DNA of 64,000 nt from IMG/VR virus record IMGVR_UViG_3300009618_000004. The stretch is one strand, 5' to 3'. The position numbers were made by a program, and so were the translations under genes. Of the stretch, positions 52,856 through 61,234 are shown piece by piece. A model generated the notes under the pieces. That model was not told the origin of the DNA and searched no databases. It saw nothing but the letters and a program-made list of their open reading frames with translations. The DNA comes from an uncultured virus (IMG/VR IMGVR_UViG_3300009618_000004). Taxonomy: Duplodnaviria; Heunggongvirae; Uroviricota; Caudoviricetes. Each line of letters opens with the position of its first letter. Within the stretch, counting starts at the first letter, position 1.

Positions 52856-52896
52856 CGTAACGTAACATCACATAAGCAGATGCAGATGCAGATGCA
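52822..52896. repeat. Iteron-like GTGACGTA/CGTAAC and GCAGAT repeats (candidate origin)
   Basis: gtcactcgtgacgtac...cgtgacgtaacgtaacatcac, then (gcagat)x3, then an AT-rich tract. Confidence 0.5.
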
Positions 52897-52999
52897 CTTC
52901 TTAAAGGCATAGGCTTTTATTGAGTGTATTCTCTCTATGTACTTTTGGTGGCAAAATAGCGAAACGCAACGATTTTGAACGGTTACGAAAGGAACCTCA

Positions 53000-53686
53000 A
53001 TGCCAGCAAACCTTGAACTTCTAGCCGCCAGCCGCGTGATGGTCGACCAGGTGATCGCTCGCGGCCAAGTACCCGTCATGTTCTTGATGAACCGCGCGAC
53101 CTCCCAGGCGCTTGCCGAGACATTGGCTGCCGCCTACAGGGAGCGCCAATCAACTTTCTGGCGGCTGTGGCTCAGAATCCGGCATGGGAAGGTTGCGCCG
53201 CGGCTGGAGTCGCTACACGGCATCCCTGTGGCACAGGCCGACTACCTGCCCGACGGCGGCTTATTCCTGCAGGTGGCTGACCGAGCCCAAGTGGGACTGC
53301 CGGCGGCGCCGGGCGTGCCAACCAGTATGGGACCGCCTGCCGGTATGGAGCAGGCCGCCCAGGATGCTCGGCAGCAGCTCGCGGCTCGGGGTGAGGAGTT
53401 TTGGAAGAAGGATCGCATCCAGGCGCTGAACGATGCGATGGACGGCGTGGCGGGGCCGGGCGAGATCCGGCCAACACTGAACGACCTGTCAAGCGGGGGC
53501 GGCGCGCGGCCGTCGGCGAGCGATGTGTTGATGAAGGCGATGGAGGACGTGGACGACCTGAACGGCATTGTTGTAGTGCGCGTGCATCGCAACGGCAACG
53601 TAGATCTCTGCCTTAACGTAGATCAGTTCGCCGCCCAAGGGGTTCTCCAGAAGGCGCAGCAGTATTTGTTTATGAAGGGGTATTGA
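53000..53686 (+). CDS. Hypothetical two-domain protein; N-terminal part resembles a capsid A-domain
   Basis: RBS AAAGGA; PVMFLMNRAT...LHGIPV....LPDG.LFL. Confidence 0.7.
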   Translation: MPANLELLAASRVMVDQVIARGQVPVMFLMNRATSQALAETLAAAYRERQSTFWRLWLRIRHGKVAPRLESLHGIPVAQADYLPDGGLFLQVADRAQVGLPAAPGVPTSMGPPAGMEQAAQDARQQLAARGEEFWKKDRIQALNDAMDGVAGPGEIRPTLNDLSSGGGARPSASDVLMKAMEDVDDLNGIVVVRVHRNGNVDLCLNVDQFAAQGVLQKAQQYLFMKGY

Positions 53687-56064
53687 TGACGCCCTACTAC
53701 GAATCCAACGGAGTGACGATCTATCACGGCGATTGCCGGGAGATATTACCACTACTTGAGTTAGTCCACGCGATAATCTGCGATCCACCTTATGAACTAG
53801 GTTTTATGGGAAAAGCATGGGATAAGTCTGGTATTGCCTATGATGTGAAGATGTGGCAAGAGTGCTTGCGTGTACTCAAGCCCGGTGGCCACCTGCTTTC
53901 GTTTGGCGGGAGCCGTACCTATCACCGCATGGCCTGCGCGATCGAGGATGCAGGATTCGAGATCCGCGACCAAATCATGTGGCTGTACGGATGCCTGGAT
54001 GAGCAAACAGAACTTGTGTCTGAGAGTGGAGTCAAGCCGTACCATAAAGCAAAAATAGGTGAGCGCGTATTGTGCTACAATCCAGAGAACGGCGAGTATT
54101 CTTACCAGCCAATCATGGAGATTGTCGAGTATGACTATAGCGATACCGCCTATCGTCTTATCGGAGATTTTGGAGAGCAAGTCGTCTCCAGAAACCATCG
54201 CTGCATTGTTGAACGAGGCGGAAGCGAAGTATTCCAATTTGCCGAAACGATCAGGTCCGAGGCGCGTGTACCCGTTTTGGAAGGTTTGTCAGAATTGCGG
54301 CAAGCCCTTTCCAACCTTCAATCGGACTCAGGCGGCTCGGAACAAATCGTGCAGCCGAGAGTGCACCAATACACTGATTGGGAAAGGGAACAGCGGTTCG
54401 ACTTCGCTAAAGAAGAGGAAGGGCAAGATAGTTCCCTGTGTGGTGTGTGGGAAAGAGAAATGGGTTCCCTTGGCGTGGTTGAAGAAAATCAAGCAAACAG
54501 TGTGCAACTACGAGTGCAATGGAGTTCTGAGAGGCACAGCGTGGAAACAACACGCATACAAGGGGAGGAAACACTGGAAACCGGAATCGGAGGCTGCGTT
54601 GAAGATTCGCATGACGGGTCCGACCAATCCAGCATGGAAGGGGGGTCTGACTTATCGGAAGCGCAAGGGAGCGTATGCCGACCAGCCAATAAAGTATGTT
54701 CGTTGCCCATCCGAGTTCCTGAGCATGGCGCGGAAGGATGGCTATGTGATGGAACATCGTCTCCTGGTCGCTCAGGTAATTGGCAGACCTCTCCAGAGAG
54801 CCGAAGCTGTTCATCACAGGAATCACAAAGCGAAGGAGAATCAACTAACCAACCTAATGCTGTTTGCGACGAACGCGGAACACAAGGCATACGAGCATGG
54901 CGCGGCCATAAAACCTCTTTGGTGCGGGTTGTGCCATTCCAATACACCGGAAAGATGTGGTGTCTGCGTGTATCGACAGGAGCCTTCGTCGCAGTCCGTG
55001 GCGGCGCAGCTTTCCCGACCGGCAATAGCGGATTTCCGAAGTCGCTGGACGTGAGCAAGGCGATTGACAAGGCGGCAGGCGCGACGCGGCCTGTCGTGGG
55101 CGTCAATACGAATGGCAGCGGTCCCAACCTCACCAAACTCGACAATCATGAGGCTGGCGATACTGGCATCGGCTACATGGATGGGAGCGGCAAGGTATTC
55201 GATGTGACCGCGCCTGCCACTGTGGAAGCCAGGCAGTGGCAGGGTTGGGGCACGGCCCTGAAACCCGCTCACGAGCCTATCTGTGTAGCCCGCAAGCCCG
55301 TCGAGGGCACGGTCGCGGCCAACGTGCTCAAGAATGGCACTGGGGCTTTGAACATCGACGGATGCCGTATAGATGCGACCGACGATCTTGTTGAAGATGA
55401 TGGTCGCAGAGTAGATATGGCGCGTGAGTCAATTGCGGAAGGATACGATAGACCAAACGCAACAATGTTTCGTACAGGTAAACCAGCGGTTCGTGGTGGT
55501 CCATCAAACCAACTTGGCCGCTGGCCTGCCAATGTCATCCACGACGGCAGCGATGAAGTTCTATCTTGCTTTCCTGAAAGCAAGGGTCAGCAAGGGGATG
55601 TTCGTGGTGATGAACCTTCAGGCGTAACCGACGAGATATATGGAAAATTCAATGGACGAGTTTCTTCTCCTGCAAGACTTGACTCCAGCTCAGCCGCCCG
55701 TTTCTTTTACACCGCCAAGGCTGACAAAGAAGAGCGCGAGCGCAACTGCTGCGAACTTACCCCCCCCAAAAGGGATGGTTCTCGAAAGGATGGAAACCCT
55801 GGTGGTGACAATCCACGAAACCGAGGCGTTCACGAGCGCATTAACAATCACCCTACCGTCAAGCCTCTGGATTTGATGCGCTATCTCTGCAAGTTGCTTT
55901 GTCCGCCGAGCGGGGGAATCCTTCTGGACCCATTTATGGGAAGTGGAAGCACGCTGATCGCCGGGCGTGGATTCTATCAACGTTGCATCGGTATCGAACT
56001 CGAAGAGAGGTACTGCGAGATTGCGGCGAAGAGACTGAGCCAACAGGTACTTGGTTTTGAATAG
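53686..56064 (+). CDS. DNA amino-methyltransferase (N6-A/N4-C, beta class) interrupted by an intein
   Basis: HGDC, CDPPY, LKPGG, W.YG|SGFPKS, HPTVKP, LDPFMGSGST and GIELE. Confidence 0.95.
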   Translation: MTPYYESNGVTIYHGDCREILPLLELVHAIICDPPYELGFMGKAWDKSGIAYDVKMWQECLRVLKPGGHLLSFGGSRTYHRMACAIEDAGFEIRDQIMWLYGCLDEQTELVSESGVKPYHKAKIGERVLCYNPENGEYSYQPIMEIVEYDYSDTAYRLIGDFGEQVVSRNHRCIVERGGSEVFQFAETIRSEARVPVLEGLSELRQALSNLQSDSGGSEQIVQPRVHQYTDWEREQRFDFAKEEEGQDSSLCGVWEREMGSLGVVEENQANSVQLRVQWSSERHSVETTRIQGEETLETGIGGCVEDSHDGSDQSSMEGGSDLSEAQGSVCRPANKVCSLPIRVPEHGAEGWLCDGTSSPGRSGNWQTSPESRSCSSQESQSEGESTNQPNAVCDERGTQGIRAWRGHKTSLVRVVPFQYTGKMWCLRVSTGAFVAVRGGAAFPTGNSGFPKSLDVSKAIDKAAGATRPVVGVNTNGSGPNLTKLDNHEAGDTGIGYMDGSGKVFDVTAPATVEARQWQGWGTALKPAHEPICVARKPVEGTVAANVLKNGTGALNIDGCRIDATDDLVEDDGRRVDMARESIAEGYDRPNATMFRTGKPAVRGGPSNQLGRWPANVIHDGSDEVLSCFPESKGQQGDVRGDEPSGVTDEIYGKFNGRVSSPARLDSSSAARFFYTAKADKEERERNCCELTPPKRDGSRKDGNPGGDNPRNRGVHERINNHPTVKPLDLMRYLCKLLCPPSGGILLDPFMGSGSTLIAGRGFYQRCIGIELEERYCEIAAKRLSQQVLGFE
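53992..55026 (+). mobile_element. Intein (345 aa) in the methyltransferase
   Basis: Starts CLDEQTELV, block B SRNH, ends YTGKMWCLRVSTGAFVAVRGGAAFPTGN, with +1 Ser. Removal restores the conserved WLYG-SGFPKS. Confidence 0.93.
54239..55054 (+). CDS. HNH homing endonuclease encoded in the +1 frame inside the intein (start uncertain)
   Basis: CQNC/CSREC and CVVC/CNYEC Zn modules, NPAWKGG, GYVMEHRL...IGRPL...EAVHHRN....NQLTNL. The frame is open from 54059 to 55054. Confidence 0.88.
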   Translation: MPKRSGPRRVYPFWKVCQNCGKPFPTFNRTQAARNKSCSRECTNTLIGKGNSGSTSLKKRKGKIVPCVVCGKEKWVPLAWLKKIKQTVCNYECNGVLRGTAWKQHAYKGRKHWKPESEAALKIRMTGPTNPAWKGGLTYRKRKGAYADQPIKYVRCPSEFLSMARKDGYVMEHRLLVAQVIGRPLQRAEAVHHRNHKAKENQLTNLMLFATNAEHKAYEHGAAIKPLWCGLCHSNTPERCGVCVYRQEPSSQSVAAQLSRPAIADFRSRWT

Positions 56065-56068
56065 TAGC

Positions 56069-56308
56069 CTACTCGTCAATAAGGTGCCAGCAATCCGAAT
56101 GAACAAACCGCTTCCCGCGCGGTGCCAGATATTTGAGAACCAGATCGTTGCCCACACTTCGATCCCCTTTGAAGATTTGGGAAAGTAATTGCATTGATAT
56201 TCCGATCTCGTTCGCAAACTGGACCTGGGTCATTCCACCTTGACGGTCCTTGAGCATCTGGCGTAACTCGCCGGCGGTGTAGGGGGCTGGTGTGGGCTTA
56301 TTGCTCAT
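56069..56308 (-). CDS. XRE/Cro-family HTH protein
   Basis: MTQVQFANEIGISMQLLSQIFKGDR. Confidence 0.85.
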   Translation of the reverse strand: MSNKPTPAPYTAGELRQMLKDRQGGMTQVQFANEIGISMQLLSQIFKGDRSVGNDLVLKYLAPRGKRFVHSDCWHLIDE

Positions 56309-57158
56309 CGTCATCTTCCTTCTGCGGTATGCCGTCGAACGCCGCCTGCAGAACTTCGACCTGTTTTTGGAGAGTTTCCCTGATACGCTCAGCGTGTCCC
56401 ACTCCATACCTCGCCTGGTCGAGAACGGTTTTTATGTTGGCTTTCCCGTCCATCAACATCCTCACCACCTTGCCGATCTTCTCTGGTTGAGTCCATCCAT
56501 ACGAAATTAATAGTCCAGACTCTTTCTCATAAGCGTCAACTTTCTCTTTTAATTCTTTGTAGTATTTCTCATATTCGTCCGTTCTTGTGCGAGACACCCC
56601 CTGTTTGTATCCCTCATCTCGCGCTGCGGTTAAAGCCGCAGCATCGGCTTTTGATTGGCGATTACTCACTGCATAAATGAGAGCGGTGAGCATGGTTATG
56701 CTCATAGGGAGTGGATCCAACCTAGGACACGGCACAACACACTTGAGCCGGTTCTTTTGCGCCACAAACATTCCCCATGATTCTGGCAGTTCGCCGGGTT
56801 TAACAATGTCTTTATGGGGAACTACTAATCCCCAATGGTGGCAATAGCGAAGGATGGACTCCGCCTTCTCCGGCTGTTTCAATTCCTTGAGCCAGTCGTT
56901 GCGTGAGACTTTCATCTCGAATCCCCAGATTGCCTTGCCCCGGCTCCGGTAAAGACTGATCGCCATAGCGTCCGCTGTTCGCACTCCGTCAAACCCGGTA
57001 GCATCCCTCACTTCTTCGAGGGTGATATACGCTGGTGCCGTGAAACTTGCCTGAAGGCGAAGGAATAGATCATGAGCCGCGAGCTTGGCTCCCTCTTCCA
57101 ACTCTTCGTCTGCCACAACTTCCGGTCCGATCAATTCTTCGTATGCGGGATCGCTCAT
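56298..57158 (-). CDS. MmcB-like PD-(D/E)XK endonuclease
   Basis: EV...TG...RTADAMA...GFEMKVSRNDWLKELKQPEK...ELPESWG. Confidence 0.8.
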   Translation of the reverse strand: MSDPAYEELIGPEVVADEELEEGAKLAAHDLFLRLQASFTAPAYITLEEVRDATGFDGVRTADAMAISLYRSRGKAIWGFEMKVSRNDWLKELKQPEKAESILRYCHHWGLVVPHKDIVKPGELPESWGMFVAQKNRLKCVVPCPRLDPLPMSITMLTALIYAVSNRQSKADAAALTAARDEGYKQGVSRTRTDEYEKYYKELKEKVDAYEKESGLLISYGWTQPEKIGKVVRMLMDGKANIKTVLDQARYGVGHAERIRETLQKQVEVLQAAFDGIPQKEDDDEQ

Positions 57159-57571
57159 GCTTTCTTCCCCCACGCGCCAACCTTATCTAACCCAAACGGC
57201 AACTCCCAGGTGGACGGCAAGACCCAGAGCACGCGCAGGTGCAACTTAGTCACCCACTCATCCTGCAGCGCCGGATATACCTCGACAGCGACAACTTCCG
57301 GACCAAATATCTCGTGGAGGGCTCGCTGAATTTCTTCCCACGTCAACTGCTCGATGTCACCGTGACGAATGAAAGTGACCTGCATGACGCCGCCGATCGC
57401 AGAATCAACCGCGAACATCTGGACTTCCATCCGGCTGTTGGCGTAGATAGCCATGCAGTTGATGAGCAGAGGATAGTCCTGTTGCATCTCAGGCGTGATA
57501 GTAACTTGCTCGAACGGCGTCCACTGCCGGCCAAACGCTTTGAGCAATGCGGTCTTGCGAACCTTCGTCAT
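57155..57571 (-). CDS. Conserved phage hypothetical protein
   Basis: TWEEIQ...EIFG...AVEVYP...LW pattern. Confidence 0.7.
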   Translation of the reverse strand: MTKVRKTALLKAFGRQWTPFEQVTITPEMQQDYPLLINCMAIYANSRMEVQMFAVDSAIGGVMQVTFIRHGDIEQLTWEEIQRALHEIFGPEVVAVEVYPALQDEWVTKLHLRVLWVLPSTWELPFGLDKVGAWGKKA

Positions 57572-57897
57572 CTTAACACCTCCAGAACCATGTCGATCGC
57601 CTCGGCGCTCCTGACCATTGCGGTTGTGAAGCGCAGCAACTTGAAGCCGGCCAGCGATGCCGCATTGTACTTCCGGCAATCGTTCTCGAATCCTTCTCCG
57701 CGCGAGTGCCGGCTCTTACCGTACTTCGTCGCTCCCTCTATCTCGACCGCCAGGTTACGCTCTCTGAAGTAAAAATCGAATCTCCACTTACGGCCAGGGA
57801 TCAATTCCACTTCATGCTCAGGATTTAAGTTGTGAGCCTTACAGTGAAGAGCAAAGGTTTCTTCCCCCTCACTGAGTTCTTGCGGTATCTCACTCAT
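57568..57897 (-). CDS. Vsr/DUF559-like endonuclease
   Basis: RKWRFDF...LAVEIEG...RH.RG.GF.NDCRKYNAA...G..LLRFT. Confidence 0.9.
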   Translation of the reverse strand: MSEIPQELSEGEETFALHCKAHNLNPEHEVELIPGRKWRFDFYFRERNLAVEIEGATKYGKSRHSRGEGFENDCRKYNAASLAGFKLLRFTTAMVRSAEAIDMVLEVLR

Positions 57898-58162
57898 GCC
57901 CCGGCCCGTCCTTCCGCTGTAGTTTGCTCACGATTGGCCAGTAGAGTTTAGGCTTTCGCTTGCGCTTTTCTTCAACCACGTAGCTTTCATGGTCCCTGCA
58001 ACGCGGCGAATAAGAGTCGTTCGTAAAGAATGTTCCGGCAGGTAAAACGCGTACAACAATTCCTCTGTGATAATAACCAGCCCATCCAACCTTGGCTCGT
58101 TCTATCGTTAAGCCGTTGCTGGCCCACTCAACCTCATCTCCTACTATAAATTGTCCGCTCAT
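57890..58162 (-). CDS. Small SH3-like hypothetical protein inside a repeat-flanked cassette
   Basis: FIVGDEVEW...GIVVRV...RDHESYVV...LYWP. Confidence 0.7.
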   Translation of the reverse strand: MSGQFIVGDEVEWASNGLTIERAKVGWAGYYHRGIVVRVLPAGTFFTNDSYSPRCRDHESYVVEEKRKRKPKLYWPIVSKLQRKDGPGHE

Positions 58163-58199
58163 CGTCTCCCCCTCCATGCCCCGGCCCGTCCTTCCGCTG
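57895..58199. repeat. Perfect 25-bp direct repeats (57895-57919, 58175-58199) flanking one gene
   Basis: CATGCCCCGGCCCGTCCTTCCGCTG occurs twice, 280 bp apart. Confidence 0.92.
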
Positions 58200-58914
58200 G
58201 CAGCACCTTGAACGTCAGCGCCCATACCCACGGATTGCTGGCCCATGAGTGCTTCTTCGCGTTGATCGAATCCCAAAGGTAGCGATACCGCTTCTTGTAG
58301 GTATCACATTCCGTACAATCAGTATCCGGACATGCACCCGCCATAGACTGATATTCATAAAGGCGTGTTCCGCCACATCGGGGGCAAATCTTCCAATCAT
58401 ATTCCTCGCGCTCAGACTCAAGGCTCTCGCATCCTTCCGCAGCCGCATCCTCTTCGCTGATGTCCTGCACGCGCTCTACGCGGACCTCGGTAAGCTCAAG
58501 CCATATCCGAGCTGCCCATTTCGGCATGAAGCGCGATGAACGGTAACGTCCCCACTCCCCAAAATCAAGCAGGTCGGCCTCTCCCCATTTGATTATGGTG
58601 CCGTCCGATCTGTACCGCAGTGGGCACCCTGGGGTTTTATATCCAGCATCGAGGCACATCTTTGCAATCTCGGTGCCGTTCTTGTCATCGAGGTTCTTGC
58701 CAGTCTGCCAGCCCTCTTTGATGTAGAGCCGGTCGCCGGGAACGCCATAGGAATTCCATGCAGAATTTCCCGGATCAACGATGTACTTTGGCGTGAATCC
58801 ATTGTTGAGTATCTCTAACGCGACTCCTTTCACAACTCGCCGCGTTTGAGTCTTGCGCCCTTCGCGGATCGCCCTTATGTTGTCCGGCGTAAACAGTATG
58901 CCCGTCTCTTTCAT
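58159..58914 (-). CDS. ASCH/PUA-like phage protein with Zn-finger insert
   Basis: ILF...RAIREGRKTQTRR, GDRLYIKE, FMPKWAARIWL, ISEEDA.AEG and WASNPWVW. Confidence 0.85.
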   Translation of the reverse strand: MKETGILFTPDNIRAIREGRKTQTRRVVKGVALEILNNGFTPKYIVDPGNSAWNSYGVPGDRLYIKEGWQTGKNLDDKNGTEIAKMCLDAGYKTPGCPLRYRSDGTIIKWGEADLLDFGEWGRYRSSRFMPKWAARIWLELTEVRVERVQDISEEDAAAEGCESLESEREEYDWKICPRCGGTRLYEYQSMAGACPDTDCTECDTYKKRYRYLWDSINAKKHSWASNPWVWALTFKVLPAEGRAGAWRGRR

Positions 58915-59341
58915 CGTCTCCCCCCTCCATGCCCGCCTCTCGCAGCGCAGATGCAAGCGCAGATACTATATTCGCGTCTGAAACAATCTCGCCGTCGATC
59001 TTGTACACCGAGAAATAGCCTCTTCCCGCCGTCACTGTAATGCGCTCCTCCGGCGTCTTCGGCGCGGACGGGTGAAGACGGAATATCAAATCGTCAAGGA
59101 ACGCAGGTGGCATAGGAATCTGGCAGTAATCAAATTCGTCTGCAACCGCTTTGCGTATCTCCTGCGCCGTCCAGCTTTTTTGAGCGCGACGGGCGAGTAC
59201 GTCGTCGATGTCCCTCTTTGCCGCGAACGCATCGTATTCAACTAGAGATGTGTTGTAGTAACGTTCCCATATTCCAGCAATCTGATAAAATTGATCGAAA
59301 CTCAGCGCCCCATTCGCTAGCGTGCTTCCCTTAGTTGCCAT
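58775..59341 (-). CDS. Hypothetical protein (3' end overlaps the next gene)
   Basis: RBS GGAGGGG precedes ATG 59341. Confidence 0.6.
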   Translation of the reverse strand: MATKGSTLANGALSFDQFYQIAGIWERYYNTSLVEYDAFAAKRDIDDVLARRAQKSWTAQEIRKAVADEFDYCQIPMPPAFLDDLIFRLHPSAPKTPEERITVTAGRGYFSVYKIDGEIVSDANIVSALASALREAGMEGGDDERDGHTVYAGQHKGDPRRAQDSNAASCERSRVRDTQQWIHAKVHR

Positions 59342-59624
59342 TGTTGCCCCTCCAACTCTTCTCAAGGTTCGTGAACAGTTCCGAGTTAACACCGAACGCA
59401 GCCGCAAACTCTTCCGCCATCGGACCAAGCACGATGTTCTTGTCTAAAGGCCCACATACCATGTACTTCTCTACAGCGAGACATTGTGTGGCCCAATCTG
59501 ATTCGCTTTCGTATCGGCGCATACGGAACACAACATCCTTGAGTGAATATCCACGTTCGTTCATCTCTTCTCTGATGAAAACGGATGGATGGAAAACCTC
59601 AGCGGGAATACGATCAGCGTCCAT
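59331..59624 (-). CDS. HigA-antitoxin-like HTH protein
   Basis: FHPSVFIREEMNERG.S...MAEEFAAAFGVNSELFTNLEKSW matches the HPG..L.E...A..L...FG.S.EFW.NLQ pattern. Confidence 0.75.
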   Translation of the reverse strand: MDADRIPAEVFHPSVFIREEMNERGYSLKDVVFRMRRYESESDWATQCLAVEKYMVCGPLDKNIVLGPMAEEFAAAFGVNSELFTNLEKSWRGNNGN

Positions 59625-60042
59625 TGATAGCCTCTTGTTTCATACCCTCGGTTAGCTCGGCCAATGCGGATTGCAACCTGTTCCGCGTGCGTTGATCTCG
59701 GCACCAGATACGAACCCACTTGACCACCGTATCGTGGTCGGCAGGCTCTTGCTCCTCTGTCGGCAACTCAGTTCCGAGGTAAGCGCCTTCCCTGAGCCAA
59801 TCCGCGAAGTCTGCATCATCGGTGTAAAACTCGTCTTTCGCGCCTTCAATCTCTATTCTCAGTTGCCGAATTTCCTCTAGGCGCTCGCGGGTGAATGCGG
59901 CGGCAGGACCATAACCGCTAAAACGACGCATATCATCTCCGCACACAATATAAACGCCGCCATACACAGAATCGCTGCCAGTGTCTACCCACGCGTCTCC
60001 TACCAGTTTCGCATCTCTTACCAGTTTCTCATAAGCGTCCAT
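59614..60042 (-). CDS. Hypothetical protein
   Basis: Coupled ORF with RBS. Confidence 0.7.
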   Translation of the reverse strand: MDAYEKLVRDAKLVGDAWVDTGSDSVYGGVYIVCGDDMRRFSGYGPAAAFTRERLEEIRQLRIEIEGAKDEFYTDDADFADWLREGAYLGTELPTEEQEPADHDTVVKWVRIWCRDQRTRNRLQSALAELTEGMKQEAINGR

Positions 60043-60337
60043 CCTTGGCTCCCTTCTGCGCGGCCTGGATGCGCCATGGATATAGCAACTGAATATCTGG
60101 CTGCCCATATCGCTCCCGACGCTCATTTGGTCTATATAAGATATTAGCTTTATCCATTTCTCGCAAAGCACGGCCAAACGCCATTGCTACTCCCGGCGGA
60201 CCACCATTGCAACTCCGGCGATATGCTCTCGGATATTTGTCTGGAGGCCATACCTTTAGTATCAGATGTCCATAATAGGCACGACAATCAGGAAATCTTT
60301 GCAATTCTTCAACAATGCGCTGTTGTAGTTTTGTCAT
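60029..60337 (-). CDS. Hypothetical winged-helix-like protein
   Basis: MTKLQQRIVEEL...; ATGA-coupled. Confidence 0.65.
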   Translation of the reverse strand: MTKLQQRIVEELQRFPDCRAYYGHLILKVWPPDKYPRAYRRSCNGGPPGVAMAFGRALREMDKANILYRPNERRERYGQPDIQLLYPWRIQAAQKGAKDGRL

Positions 60338-60582
60338 GCTTCCTCCTCTGCCAGAATCGCGCGGGCCGCCAGCAGCGCGTTGGCCTGTCTCTTTGTACGT
60401 GGCGGCGGGAAACGAAACGCAAGCTCTCGCAGCACGCCCTTGACCCGCTTCATCTCGCGGACGACTTCGGCGTATTCGCAATACTTCCCATCATCAGTCA
60501 CTTCGCAGAGGATGGAACTCATCATGTTTACGTCCAACTCTGCGGACCTGATATGCAATCGCTGAATCATTCTGAGCCTCAA
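60334..60582 (-). CDS. Hypothetical protein
   Basis: Coupled ORF. Confidence 0.6.
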   Translation of the reverse strand: MRLRMIQRLHIRSAELDVNMMSSILCEVTDDGKYCEYAEVVREMKRVKGVLRELAFRFPPPRTKRQANALLAARAILAEEEA

Positions 60583-60779
60583 TTCTTTCCTCGCGGCATG
60601 GTGATTTCAATGGTCGCGTCGCCGCTGCTCCAAATATGAAGCTCACGCTTTCCAGAGTACGCCATCCGCAGAACAGCGCGTTCCAATTCATTCTCAGGAG
60701 TCAACTCGATGTTGACATACGGCGATCTGCCATAGCCCCGCATCTCCCGATTGCCGCTTGATTTAATTTCTGCCTTCAT
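60579..60779 (-). CDS. Hypothetical protein
   Basis: Coupled ORF. Confidence 0.65.
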   Translation of the reverse strand: MKAEIKSSGNREMRGYGRSPYVNIELTPENELERAVLRMAYSGKRELHIWSSGDATIEITMPRGKN

Positions 60780-61234
60780 TTGCTCTCTCCCTCGGCCCGT
60801 GGCTCCGCCTCATTGTGAACGAAAAAATAACTATCGTCGTCCCGATACTCCTTCTTTGGATTGCACCAGCATTCAGGAACCAGGCAGTGATTTTTACCGT
60901 AAGTTGGAATCAAGTGATCGACTGATCCGTGTTCATCGCGCCACCTGACCAGAATCCAACCGTGCGCCGCGGCCTCTTCCGGCGTCGGAACATACTCGTC
61001 GTCAACCTGGTGCCCGTCAGAGAAACAAAGCGGCGCCTTCGCTTTGTAGCACTCATTGTCGGCGATGAAGAACTTGATGTACTGGCCGTTCTCAAACATG
61101 AGCTGGATGAAGGAGTCGGCATCCGGATCGGCGAGTTCACCAACCTCGTTCTGTGTGATCTCCAGCAGACGCTGGCCGATGAAGAATCCGAGGATCTCGC
61201 GGATGTTGACTTCGACATCAGGTTTGTCGGTCAT
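60776..61234 (-). CDS. Hypothetical protein (H...CWCxP...VH motif)
   Basis: Coupled ORF with RBS GAGGA. Confidence 0.7.
   Translation of the reverse strand: MTDKPDVEVNIREILGFFIGQRLLEITQNEVGELADPDADSFIQLMFENGQYIKFFIADNECYKAKAPLCFSDGHQVDDEYVPTPEEAAAHGWILVRWRDEHGSVDHLIPTYGKNHCLVPECWCNPKKEYRDDDSYFFVHNEAEPRAEGESK

Noticed and set aside
52853..52876. Genome-wide stop-codon recoding suggested by TGA/TAA in the initiator tail
   Set aside because: All three stops terminate well-formed genes throughout the window and long genes are uninterrupted under the standard code.
54407..55272. Minus-strand ORFs antisense to the intein/HNH
   Set aside because: They have no recognisable motifs and are best explained as shadows of two constrained plus-strand frames.
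56298..57897. Restriction-modification system formed by the nucleases and the MTases
   Set aside because: The nucleases look like common phage MmcB-like and Vsr-like families and are not co-oriented and adjacent to a cognate MTase. The MTases are more simply orphan anti-restriction enzymes.
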